From the human T2T-CHM13v2.0 reference genome, Homo sapiens, in assembly GCF_009914755.1 (NCBI RefSeq), contig NC_060941.1: a DNA stretch of 64,000 bases; one strand, given 5' to 3'. The notes beneath the pieces are model-generated. The model was not told the DNA's origin, ran no database searches, and was given only the letters and a program-made list of their open reading frames with translations. Position numbers and translations under genes: made by a program. Positions 15,326 through 28,200 of the stretch are shown piece after piece (position 1 is the stretch's first letter; each line of letters starts with the position of its first letter).

Positions 15326-15634
15326 GGCTGGGTGCGGTGGTTCACACCTCTAATTCCTGCACTTTGGGAGGCCAAGATGGGCGGATCACTTTGAGCTCAG
15401 GAATTCGAGACCAGCCTGGGCAACGTGGGGAAACCCCATCTCTACAAAAACCAAAATAATTAGCCAGGCATGCTGGTGCATGGTTGTAGTCCCAGTTACT
15501 CAGGAGGGTGAGGCTGGAAAATTGCTTCAACCCAGGAGGCAGAGGTTGCATTGAGCCATAATCGCACCACTGCACACCAGCCTGGGCAACACAGTGAGAC
15601 CCTGTCTCAAAAAAACAAAACAAAACAAAAAAAC
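15326..15634 (+). mobile_element. Alu (J/S)
   Basis: Full dimer with (caaaa)n tail. Confidence 0.9.
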
Positions 15635-15873
15635 AGGATGAGATCACCAAGGGAAGGTGAATAGGAAAAGAGGAGTAGTCCAGGGACCAAGCCCTTGAAT
15701 CACTTTTTTCCTTCTACCCTACTTTCTATATTGGCTGTCTTGCCAAACCACCAGGTGAGAGGGCATTGGGTCCTAGTGGGGTTGAGAATGGGGAGTCCAG
15801 AACTTCTTGGTCCTGCTGCAGCCTCTGTGCTCCTGACATGTCTCCATTCACTTTTTTTTATAATTAAAAAAAC

Positions 15874-16168
15874 TGGCCAGGCACAGTGGCTAATGCCTAT
15901 AATCTCAGCACTTGGGGAGGCCAAGGTGGGAGGATCACTTGAGGCCAGGAGTTTGAGAGAAGTCTGGGCAACACAGCAAAACCTTGTCTTTATGAAAAAT
16001 AATAAAATTAGCTGGGTGTAGTGGTGTGCGCCTGTAGTCCCAGCTACTTGAGAGGTGGAGGTGGGAGGATCACTTGAGCCCAGGAGTTGGCAGATACAGT
16101 AGGCTATGAATGTGCCACTGTACTCCAGCCTGGGTGACAGAGCTAGACCCTGTCTCTTAAAAAAAAAA
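15874..16168 (+). mobile_element. AluJ-like
   Basis: Full dimer. Confidence 0.88.
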
Positions 16169-16214
16169 GAGATAAAATTAATATAACATAAAATTAAACA
16201 TTTTGGTTTTTAAA

Positions 16215-16486
16215 GTTTTTTTTTAGTCTCACTCTGTCACCCAGGCTGAGTACAATGGCACGATCCTGGCTCACTGCAACCTCCACCTCCCGCATTCAAG
16301 CAATTCTCATGCCTCTCTACCTCCCGAATAGCTGGGATTACAGACGTGTGCTACCATGACCAGCTAATTTTTTATATTTTAGTAGAGATGGTATTTCGCT
16401 ATGTTAGCCAGGCTGATCTCGAACTCCTGGCCTCAAGTGATCTGCCTGCCTCGGCCTCCCGAAGTGCTGGGTTACTGCAACCAGCC
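16215..16486 (-). mobile_element. Alu (S-like)
   Basis: Near-full dimer, reverse orientation. Confidence 0.85.
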
Positions 16487-18759
16487 AAAATTCACCATTT
16501 TGAAATGTATAACTCAGTAGACTTTAGTATATTCAGATGTTTTGCAACCATTACCACTAATTCCAGAATATTTTCATCAGCCCCAGAAAAACCCCTGTAC
16601 TGGATCAATTCCCATACTTTAATAAAGTTTTTCTATGAACTTTATTGAAATATAATTTACATGCAATAAAATTCATCAGTTTTAAGTGTTATAACTTGAT
16701 GAGTTATGACAAATGTATGTACTTAGGTAGCCACCACCACAATCAAAATATAGAATATTTCCATCATCTCCTGAAATACTCTTACATTTAAAGATGTGAA
16801 AGGCAGCAAAGGAAACTGAGAAAGAGGAGCCAGGAATGCAGGAAGATAAAAAGGAGACTTTGGGCTCTTGGAAGCCAACAGAAGAAAGTATTTCAAGGAT
16901 GAAGGAATGACCAACTGTGTCAAATGCTAATGCTATTGTCAAATAACTAAGGTGAAGACTGAGAATTCACCATAGAATTCAGTAATATGGAATCACTGGT
17001 GACCCTGACAAAAGCAGCTTCAGTGGAATGGTAAGGGTGCAAGCTCAAGTGAAGTGGGTTCAAGAGGGAATGGGAGAAGAACATCTGGAGACAGCAAGAA
17101 CAACTCCTTTAAAACAATTTTCCTGTAAAGGGAAGGAGGGGAGGGACAGTGACTGGAGGGGTGTTTGTATGCTAAAAGGGCTGATACAGTACAGAGGGAA
17201 AAAGTGCTGATGCACAAAAGAGCAGGAGGAAGTGTTGATCGTACACTTAAGTTAGCAAGAAAGGAGATCAAATGTACAAGAGGAGGGATTGTCTTTAGAC
17301 AGAAGTAGGAACTATTCATTCAAAGTGTGGAAGAGAAGGTGAAGAGTAAGGGCACAACGGATGCAGGTACATGGAAGCTTGTAGAAGCTCTCTTCTCATT
17401 GTTTCTCTTTTCTTGAAAATTGGGAAGCAAGGTCTGATGATATCAGCTAAGAGTGGGGAGAGGGAAGTGCGTGTTACAGGTTTGAGGGGAGAGATGTGAA
17501 ACCGTCATCCAGGAGGTTGCTAAGCTTGAATTTAAAGTAAGATCAGTCAACAGAACTGTTTTTTTCTCCATCAAAGTTCAGCTGGGCAGGTGCAGGCATG
17601 GGAGCAGAATGGAGAGAGTTGGATTTAAACACTCTGTAAAAGCACAGAGTAAGCAGAGTGAAGAGAGAAGCAAGTTGAAGCAAGTTGAGAGAGAAAGTTG
17701 AAGGTGCAGAAAAGATGGTGATTATAATGATTAATCAAGGACTGACCTTGGAGTTTAAGCCAGATAGGAATGAAATGAGGTGTAAGGAGGGAGTGAAGAA
17801 CAGAAGAAAGGTGGGAGGATAAACAGGTGAGTTCAACTCAATGGTACTGATGATTTCAAAGGATTGTTGGACTAGAGAGAGGAAGCTGGAAAGAGAGGAT
17901 GGAGGGGGTAGCAAAGAAAGAGATACTTGAAATTGAGATTATGGGGAATGAGAGGCTGAGCTAGGGTATAGGACAGAACCACTAGAAGAAAAGAAGTCAA
18001 GGATCCAAGAGGCCAGATTATGGGAAGAATCATCTATGTGGATATAGCAATCACCAAGAATTATCACATGACTATTAGTAATGGACAGAGTGGCAATGTG
18101 CCAGGAACTAAAAGATGCAAAGAATGAGAGGGAGTGACCAAAGGATCAGGAAACACAAGGAGCAGTATGGGTATGGCACAGTCTGATGACATGAGATTCA
18201 AAGATGGGATTTTTTCAGAGAGAAGGGAGAGGTGTCTGGAAGCAGCAATGAGGATCAAGGAGGACAATATTCCCCTTCCAGGCTCAGTGGTTCAAAAGAA
18301 AGACAGAAATCAGTCAGTACTTCAGAGGGCTACGGGGGAAGCAATATCTTTAGAGGAGAGACAGATCTCAAGGTGAACAAGGAGGTTGGAGCAGAAGATG
18401 AGGAGGTAAGGGATTTTGTTGATAATTGACCGTAAGTCCTGGAAGCCACAATTAAATAAAGATATATATTTTTGATTTAGCATGTCTCGCACTAAATGCA
18501 TACCTACTATTTCATCTAGTGCTCAACCAAAGAAACAGCAACCTGTTTTATAGATGGAAGAAAAACCAAGTGAACATATTGAGAAATAATTTGTCTTTAA
18601 TATGGTGTCTTAAGGAATTTTCACAAATAATTTTGTTTATATTTAATTTTTACCATAAGTGGTGATTTTTGAACTTAAACCTCTACCCTTCCCCCACCTC
18701 TCCACACATGTAGCATAACCATATAGCACCTTGAAGTAGTATATGCTCTTAGTGTGTAC

Positions 18760-19029
18760 CTTGTAAGGATCCTCAGGATCTACCCAGGCCACATGAAACA
18801 TATGGCGAATTTCTTCTGCCAGTCCGATTCTTGCTCCACTGTTGGCTGATACATAGATGCGTGGAATACCTTCTGCCCTAGCAAGTTCGGAAGCTCTGAG
18901 AAATAACAAATCCTCTTGAGGCCCAAAGGACCCAATTCGGTATGTGATGTCATTGCCAATAACAATGATATCTCGGCCTTCTGGATATTCAGGACTTTTA
19001 AAGGTCATTTTCCAAGCTACCATGCCAAT
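18760..19029 (-). CDS. ACACA: ACC1 exon, 270 nt (CT domain): [20 protein letters not shown]...SANSGARIG...DPEDPYK
   Basis: Inside ORF 18643..19047; carboxyltransferase NSGARIG motif; ccAG acceptor, GTACAC donor. Confidence 0.98.
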
Positions 19030-19384
19030 CTGGAAAGGCATAAACAAACAAATGAACAGAAGTTTCTTACAGGCAGAATTTTTTTCAGGTTCATTGAAGG
19101 TATCAGAGTATACCTAGGCACAGCCATTATGTAAAGATACACATTGCTAAAGAGCCAAACTCCCTGTGGGAAACTACAAAAGACATTCTAGTATACTGCT
19201 AGATTATGCTGAGAACAGCTGGTCTACTGTGTATTTCAAAACTGTCTCAATTCCTTCTTTGGGCCTGCTCAAAGAAGACAGAAAAGTCAAAATCTAAATG
19301 CACTCAGGATACATGTGGAAGAATGCCATGGCACTGTTGATTAAATCTAGATATCTCATTTTACTGCCATATATACTAAGACAC

Positions 19385-20455
19385 TGATATGGTTTGGATG
19401 TCTGTCCTCTCTAAATCTCATGTTGAGATATGATTCCTAACATTAGAGGTGGGGCCTGGTGTGAGGTGTTTGGGTCATGGGGTGGATCCCTCATGAATGG
19501 CTTGGTGCTCCCCTTTGATCTGAGTTTATGCTAGATCTGGTTGTTTGAAAGAGTGTGGCCTCTTGTGGGTGAAAGCAAGCATGAAGAGAGTGCTATGAAC
19601 GCCTTGGGCACACTACAAGAGTACAAGGTGGTGGGTTGCTGCCTGCCCACCCCCAAATGCCACATGCTGCCCTTCTATGGTATGCGAATCTTGCACCTAA
19701 TCATGTCATTGTCAAGTCCCGTCTCTGGTACTTGGTATCTCAGCTAAAGAAGATAAGGAGTCTTCAGGGAAAATTGTCTACTGTAGGTAGGTGTTTGAGA
19801 AATCCCCCCTGCAGGTGAAGAAATCTGGCATCTAGCTGCACTACGACTCCCGTAGCAGCACCTACAACATGTACTGGATATCAGGACTTGACCACCATGG
19901 GTGCTGTCATCCAGTGCTAGTGAGACATGGGCACCTGGCATCACACACAGGCCCACTCCACCCAGATCATGAAGGTGGAGACTGCGGCCAGCAAGTGCTG
20001 CCAGCTGGCGGTCAAACAGTTCCATGACTCCGAGATCAAGTTCCCACTGCCCCATGGGGTCCTGCATGGTTAGCATAAGCCATACTTCACCACCAAGAGT
20101 CCCAACACCTTCTTCTAGGTGCAGGGCCCTCTCACCCAGGTGTGGCTTAAATTAACTCAAAAATGTCACGGTGCTAAAAAAAAAAAAAAAAAAAAGAGTG
20201 TAGCACTTTGCCCCCCACCTCTCTCTTGCTCCCTCTCACCTCTCTCTTGCTCCCTCTCTCACCATGTCATGTGCTGGGTCCCCCTTCACCTTCCTCCAAG
20301 ATCATAAGCTTCCTGAGACCCTTAGCAGAAGCCCAACAGATGCAGTTGCCATGCTTATAGAGCCTGCAGAACCATGATCCAAAAATAAACATCTTTTCTT
20401 TATAAATTATCCAGCCTCAGGTATTCCTTTATAGCAACACAAATGGACTATCACA
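19385..20455 (+). mobile_element. MST-type (ERVL-MaLR) solo LTR, split by the RPL18A retrocopy
   Basis: Starts tgatatggtttggatg, ends aaatggactatcaca (TG...CA); perfect 5-bp TSD gacac (19380-19384, 20456-20460); internal aataaa. Confidence 0.88.
19560..20192 (+). pseudogene. Processed RPL18A pseudogene (ATG 19595, TAG 20116-20118)
   Basis: [23 protein letters not shown] resembles RPL18[24 protein letters not shown] and ends ...PNTFF*. Frameshifts and stops. PolyA 20176-20195. TSD aaagagtgtggc (19548-19559) / aaagagtgtagc (20193-20204). Confidence 0.93.
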
Positions 20456-22284
20456 GACACTATTTCCATCTTTTGTGACATTTGTTCCAAGAAACCTTTA
20501 ACACACAAGGAAGCAGAAAAAGGATGACGTCTCACGGACTGTACACTTTTCATGATCCAGGCTCCTTGTACTGTCCTCTAGCATTTGATAGGAATAACAG
20601 AAACACTCTTTACTGATTTGTTTCAGGTATGTTCCATTTCTGCTAGAATTTACCAATGCTCAACATTGCATCCTTGTGAGCATCTCTTGCTTTCTTCTAG
20701 CACCAGAAAAACCAAAGGATGGAAATAACTAATCTCTTGCTGCACTATATGTAAATCTCTGCTCTCTGTTCAGCAGCATCTGGCCAGCTACACAAATAAA
20801 TGATATTGACTTAAAAGGCAGAGGTGACATGTCTCTTCCCAAACTCTCACAGCCCTCTCCTGTTTTAATCCCCTTCTATATGAGAACTAGTCAATCCTTC
20901 TACTTGTATATTTGCTAGTTCCATTTCTTTTCTATGCTATTCATTCATACGCTAGTTACAGCTGTAGTTTTTCATGTCTGCCTGCCTGTTTCCCCTATAC
21001 CTGGATAAGTAATGTTTTCCATTCTTTTTTTCCCCCTTTCTTTCTGTCTCTCACCCCCCTCCTTGCCCCCACCACTCGCCACCAAACACAAAGCCTACCT
21101 ACCAGATGAGCTTCCCTGGTCCTGCCTAATGGAGCCCCAGCCACATCTGCAGCCTTGGTCCCTCATCCCCAGGCTGCTGCATATCACCTCATTGGGGAGC
21201 TGGCCATCAAGAAGGGCCATTAACAGATGTAAATAGCGGCATCCCTGGAAAGCCACATGCATCACCCAGACTCAACCAGGCCAGTGATCATAAGCTCTGA
21301 GTACACATTCCTCAATCCAATTGCACATCCACTGTAATCAGGCTGGTTGAAGCATTCTACACAGCTATTTGTGATTCTCAGCATTAGGAAATATATATAT
21401 GAAACACCCTCAGATAAATATAAGCTATTTAATATATCATACCATTGGCCAAATACAAGTCAAAATGGATATGATACACAGAAAAAAATCCAATCACTTT
21501 CTAAGATAAGGTATTACTCTATCTACTCATTAAAGACAGAGAAAGGAAGGAAAAATAGATCATTCAAAAAATAACACAGTGAACACTCAAATATCAGGAT
21601 AATTTTGGTTGTGGTTTCTAAGAAGCTAGTTAATATAATCCCTGCATGAGGAGAAATGCTTTATCTGCCTTCACACATGCCCCTCTAACCCCAAACCTTT
21701 TGTTTTTCAGGAATGAAAAGCTATTTTCTGTCAATTTTCCTCTAAATGCATTTGTAGTTAGAAAGATTGCGTTTTACACCAAATTTTATGATATATTAAC
21801 CCTAGGCACATAGGCCAGAAGCAGCTTAGATACAAGCCCTGAAGAATCTACTTCAGCATTTGTGTGCTAATGTAAACATTGTGACCATGTGGCACTGGGC
21901 AGGCAAATAATACTCTTATCTTTCATTACTACCTGGGGACTCTAACTGTGTCACTTGGGCAGCAAGTTCAGCAATTGGCTAGGTCATTATGCTTGCAATA
22001 TTGACTTCTAATTAGGTGTCAGCACAGCAGCACCAAGAACACACTATTCTTTATCAATGTCTTTCCAAAGTATGTTGCTCATCGACCGCCTCCCCACCCC
22101 GCCCCGCCCCCCATCTTAAAAAGTACCATTACAGAATGGAGAGTGTTATCCCAGTCTCAGTGCAGCAAGATTCCTGATCAGAAGACATTCAGTTTTGAGG
22201 TAGCATGATGGACAAACATCTAAGAAAGCACTATTATTCAATTTACATTAAAATAATTTAGATTTCACTGCTAATCAAAGGATA

Positions 22285-22450
22285 GGGCATATAAAGGTGA
22301 ACATGGGCTTTGGAGTCCAACAAACTTAGATCCAAATCCAGGCGCTATCACTTATATTAACTAACTGTGTGATCTTAAGAAAATTATTTAATTTTACTGA
22401 GCTTCAATGTCCCCACATGCGAAATTAAGAAAATAATACCCATGGGTTTG
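22285..22450 (+). mobile_element. MIR fragment
   Basis: gggctttggagtcc...tgtgtgatcttaag...gagcttcaatgtcccc. Confidence 0.65.
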
Positions 22451-22653
22451 ATAAACACACTATTAGAAGCAGAAATCTACTATATTAACTTCTACGTAAA
22501 AAACTTTGTCTTTCTCTCTCCTCTCCTCTCACTCTGTCCAAATCTTACCCATTCCAAAAGGTTCATCCAAATTCCATTTCCTCAGTAAAGCTTCTCCCAG
22601 CCTAAAGTAATTCCTATCTTTTCTGATCTCCTACTAAGACCTCTGTGTAGAGA

Positions 22654-22955
22654 ATTTTTTTTTTTTTTTTTGAGACAGAGTCTCGCTCTGTCACCCAGGC
22701 TGGAGTGTAGTGGCACAATCTTGGCTCACTGCAACCTTCAACTCCTGGGCTCAAGGCAATCCTCCCATCTCAGCCTCCCAAATAACTGGGACTACAGGCA
22801 TGTGCCACCATACTCGGCCAATTTTTGCATTTTTTTGTAGAGACAGGATTTTACCATGTTGCCCAGGCTGGTCTCAAACTCCTGGCCTCAAGCCATCCTC
22901 CTGCCTAGGCCTCCCAAATTACTGGGATTATAGGCGTGAGCCACCTTGCCCAGCC
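22654..22955 (-). mobile_element. AluJ-like
   Basis: Full dimer. Confidence 0.88.
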
Positions 22956-23119
22956 TGAGAATTCTTCTGATAACTAATTATATGCTGCCTAGGATTGCTT
23001 TTGGCTTACCATCTTGAACGATTATAGCATCTCCTCTAGTGCTTCCCAGGAACATTAAACATAGTCTGGGAGTAATAAATGTTTGCTAGTTCCAGAGTCT
23101 TTTTATTTTTTCAATTTAA

Positions 23120-23424
<305 letters not shown>

Positions 23425-23614
23425 TAAAAATAACACTTGAAAAATACTTAACACCAAGGGCTTAGAACATTGCCACTTATATTTTAGGAATCATAGAATA
23501 AGAGTCCTGAATATTCTTAAACTATTTTATTTTAAAAATAACAATAGCTATCATAATAACTACCATTAATTGAACATTTACTATCTGCTGTACTGTTCTA
23601 AAAGTTGACAACTA

Positions 23615-23830
23615 CTGATAGTGGTTAAGAGCTTAAGCTGCAAAGTCAAGCTGTCTTGGTTCAAATCTCAGTTTTATGCTAGCCGTATAACCTTGGACAC
23701 TTAACCTTTTACAGTTTCACTTTTCCAATTATAAAATGGGGATGACAGCACCTTTCTGGAGGTATTGTTGTGAGCAACACCATGTTAAACTAGTACAGAG
23801 CCTGGCACACAAAAGCCCTCAAATGGTAGT
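23615..23830 (+). mobile_element. MIR
   Basis: tagtggttaagagc...ggttcaaatctcag...aaaatggggatgac. Confidence 0.7.
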
Positions 23831-23931
23831 CAGTATTAATTCAAAGGTAGCTGTAATTATTGCCATGAGGAAATTAAGGCACAGAGGAATTAAGTAACCT
23901 GTCCTTATAGCTAATGTGAATTGTTTACTTA

Positions 23932-24212
<281 letters not shown>

Positions 24213-24249
24213 TTAAAAGGAGTTTCACATACACAAAAATGGTATTTTC

Positions 24250-24597
24250 TTTTTTTTTTTTTTTTTTTGAGACAGAGTCTCAGGCCATTGCCCAGGCTGG
24301 AGTACAGTGGCGTGATCTTGGCTTGCTGCAACCTGTGCCTAGGTTGGAGTGCAGTGATGCAATCTTGGCTTGCTGCAACCTCCGCCTCTCAGGTTCAAGT
24401 GATTATCCTGCCTCAGCCTCCCAAGTAACTAGGATTACAGGCACGTAACACCACGCCCGGCTAATTTTTGTATTTTTAGTAGAGACGGGATTTCACCATG
24501 TTGGCCAGGCTGGTCTCGAACCCCTGACCTCAGGTGATCCACCTGCCTCGGCCTCCCAAAGTGCTGGGATAGCAGGCACGAGCCACCGCGCCCAGCC
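24250..24597 (-). mobile_element. AluS with internal ~46-bp tandem duplication
   Basis: TSD aaatggtattttcttt / aaatggcattttcttt. Confidence 0.88.
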
Positions 24598-25074
24598 AAG
24601 AAATGGCATTTTCTTTACTAGAGAAATTAAGGAAGTATGTTCCTTAATTAAAAAGATATTAGTACAAAAACTGGCAAAAAAAAAAAAAAAAAGAGGTCTG
24701 TGGTTTATTTAATACAATTGTATCAATATTTATTTCTTAGTTTGGTAATCATATCATGGTTACATAAAGTGTTTTAACATTAAGAGAAGCTGGGAAAGGG
24801 TATACCAGAACTCTCTAATATGATCTTTGTAACTTTCCTGAAAATCTAAAATTATTTTGGAGGGAAGTAAATTGGATAGCAAGATCACTGTTAGTGTTCT
24901 GTACAGCCTTATAAGATGATGACTATGAAGACTATGAATAGCATTTAAAAATACCCATGATGTAATACTAAATTAGAAAAGGGTTCAGACTCAGGAGCCA
25001 CATTCTGAGACTCTGAATCTGAATCTAAGATAATTTGACAGAACTGAGACTCAGCTTTCTAGCCATATACGCTA

Positions 25075-25215
25075 AGGTAAGTTATCAACCTCCCTGTACC
25101 TCAGTTCCTTCACTGGTAAAACAAGGGTAATAAAAATCTACGGCATAAGTTTGTTGTAAGGATTAAATACATGTTAAGTCCTAGGATAGTGCCTGGTATA
25201 TAGTAAGTGCATAGT
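25075..25215 (+). mobile_element. MIR 3' part
   Basis: cctcagttccttcactggtaaaac...gtaaggattaaat...gtgcctggtatatagtaagtgc. Confidence 0.7.
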
Positions 25216-28200
25216 ATGAATGACAACTTCATCAATTGAAAAGCACTTTGCGGGGTAAAAACAAAAATAAATAAGAAACAGCAAAATGAGGTGATAATTA
25301 TTGGGATGATGAAATTGTATTTTTTTTCCATTCTCCAAATTTTCTTTTTTGTGTTTATATTGCATTGATAACTTTAACTTTTTATAAAATAAAAAATAAC
25401 TGAGAAAAGAAAACTACCAAATACTCTTCACTGGGTGATAGGTACATGGGAGTTTATATTATTTATGCCTACTTTAGTGTACGTTTGAGCATTTCCATAA
25501 CAAAAAAAAAAATTTAAGGGGGGAAAAAAATCTCACCAGCCTAATTGATTTCCCATATTTTAGAGGAACTAATTCTAGATTTTAGTCATACTACAACCGA
25601 TCTTATTTATATAAAATTTGAAAGAGATAAATGTATGAAAATTAAAAATCAAGACTCACTTTAAAGAGAAAGAAATATCAAGAACTACGTTAGTTTGTTG
25701 GGTTATCATTTCATTTTCTAAAAAGAAATGCTCTGCAATGATGTGGTAGAGTGTAAACATATGTATATATAGGTTTATACAATATTAATGTCTCTACCTC
25801 AGAAGTAACTGCTTCAGTGTTTTTCTGGTCTGATGGTTAAATACATATTTATATTTTTAAAGTCAATATTTGTACAATAGACAAGAACAGTGCGTATCAG
25901 CTAAATACATATTTAGGACTGTACCACATGTATTACAAACATGTACTAAAATCGAAAGCTTTTATTTATACAGAACCTTTCATCTTGAAGAGGGCTAAAG
26001 AACTTTACAAACATATGTACATAAAAGGACGTTTGCACTGATAGGCAGGGAAGGTACTCATTCACCCACTCCCCTATTTCTTCTACCAGTCCTGGGTAGG
26101 AACACATGGTGTCAACAGATGCAGGTCTGTAACAGCTGCAAAGACATACAACACAATAATCCAGTTGTGATGCACAGTCACTGAGAGGAAGCTTGCAACT
26201 TGAGAATAGCAACAGCTCTCCTCCAGTGTAGAAGCACCATAGCCATTTCCAGCTTTGTGTTTTTAAATTATTCTCTACCCAACTCAACTAATCACCTGAC
26301 AAAATTGAATTTGATACTGGAAATGGTTTCTGAATGCAAAATACTTTCTGTCTGATGATGAAAACTAGATTGAAAAATGCTTCCCTCTGCCCTTGTTAGA
26401 TTTAGGAAAAATAAAAAAGGGTTACAACATTCAGGAGAAATGGTTCAAAATATTCTACCTAAGAATAGCTTCATCTCAAAGGATTAGATCATTGCTTTGG
26501 AAGAGAGTCATATTTCACTCTCTAATTAGTACACTGTTAAGTTTTTCAGTCAAATTACTTTCTATAGATGGGTCTATCTATATTATATACATAATGGAGA
26601 TTTCATATCGAAAATTCTACAATCACTATAAAAGTATACACAGTGTGACAATGTGATTAGCAATGTGACATTCATTGATTTCACCTAAGCCCAATCTGCA
26701 TGTATATTAATTGAAGAATAATGACTAACGGAGACCCCATCATTAAATCCCTCTTTTTGGGGGTCTTCTCTTTCTCTCCAACATTTTTATCCAGGTGAAA
26801 CCCAGTGAAAATGACATGCCAGGACTAAGAGCTGAAGGAAGATGGAAGAGCTAAGAAATTAACAAAAAGGTACCCTGTAGCCCGCATGTAAGTGGGTGGG
26901 TTTATGGTCTAATGAGTTTTAGACTCAAACGGGCAGTGCCAGTGTCGTCTTCTCTGATCACTGCCTCTCTCATGCACTGACTAAACAAGTGGTCCTAGGT
27001 ACTTACTACAAATTATTTTGTCATTACTATAGCCATGAATAAGTTTTAAAATATTTAATTTCAGATCATTTTTCATAACAGAACATTCCAACGAGCAGGT
27101 TTATTAGGTTTAGGGTTATCAACCTAAGCTGATTATCTTAAAGTGAAAAAGGGAAGAGGATGAAAAGAGCTACAGTGAATAAGCTAAGGATAAGCAGAAA
27201 TAAATATTTGTTTCCCTTATACAAGTTCTAAGGCAGAACATATTTCTTTGGCTACATTCTGATTCTGGAATGAACAGCTCAAGTGAGGGAGGAGGGGATG
27301 GGAAGGAGAAAGCAAGCAGAAGAGAACAGTCTTATTTAACTGTTTTTATGTGGGTAAAATGATTTGTGCCACAGTATTTCCATAAGAAGTGGGACCATTA
27401 TTTTCCTGTAGAAACACATTTGGTTTGAAAAGTATCACTGGACAGGACGTGAAAATCAAACCAAATGAATTATTCACAACCTCCGATCAGAGGTGATCAT
27501 TATTTCTGATGCTCCAAACAGTGATTAGGATTCTGCCCTGAGATGTCATTTTCTCGCTGAGTAACACCAGCGATACAGAAAGGCATTATCTATCTATCCA
27601 TATATGTATTTTTTCTGCTGGGAGGACCTTGGTTTAATGTTACTATAACAGATAGTGAAAACATGATAATATTAACATTTATTCTGATGGTGCCCATAAA
27701 TGCCATTAGTCTGACACAAAGTGTCAACACTAATCATGACCCAAAATTAACACCAAAATTGACATCAACATTAATTGTACTATCAATGTGAATAGAATGT
27801 GCAAGCACACACAGGCACTTCCCAAAGCTGCTGTTGTTACTACAAAATAAAACAACAATATTAAGCTCAACAAAGAAATTTGCAGGAAAAGCTAAGGGCA
27901 AAACATGCCAGGATTTTGTTTTTTAAGGGTGAAAGACATATCCATCAACTCTAGCTATGCTGTGGGAAGCAGAAAGAGAATATCTTTGCCACAGCTGCCT
28001 TTCTTACATCTCCACACTTTGACTTGAGCTCTAACAATACCTTTCCATACAGATTTAAATACAGGTTAGGCTGTGGCTGAGATGTTGAAGCTGTATTCGT
28101 TATATTCATGCTAAAAGCCTTGCTATATTCATGCTAAAATGATCTTGAGTTTTTTTTGGAAGAGTCTGTAAAACCTATTGTTCTAATTCTGCTAATGCCA

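Larger units (their letters stand above)
13905..18450 (-). mobile_element. Long L2 LINE relic interrupted by four Alus and an L1M fragment
   Basis: L2 3' end at ~13920; decayed RT peptides AFDTVGHSFILEILSSVGF (ORF 16682..16942) and VKDLGVILD (ORF 14965..15165). Confidence 0.8.
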
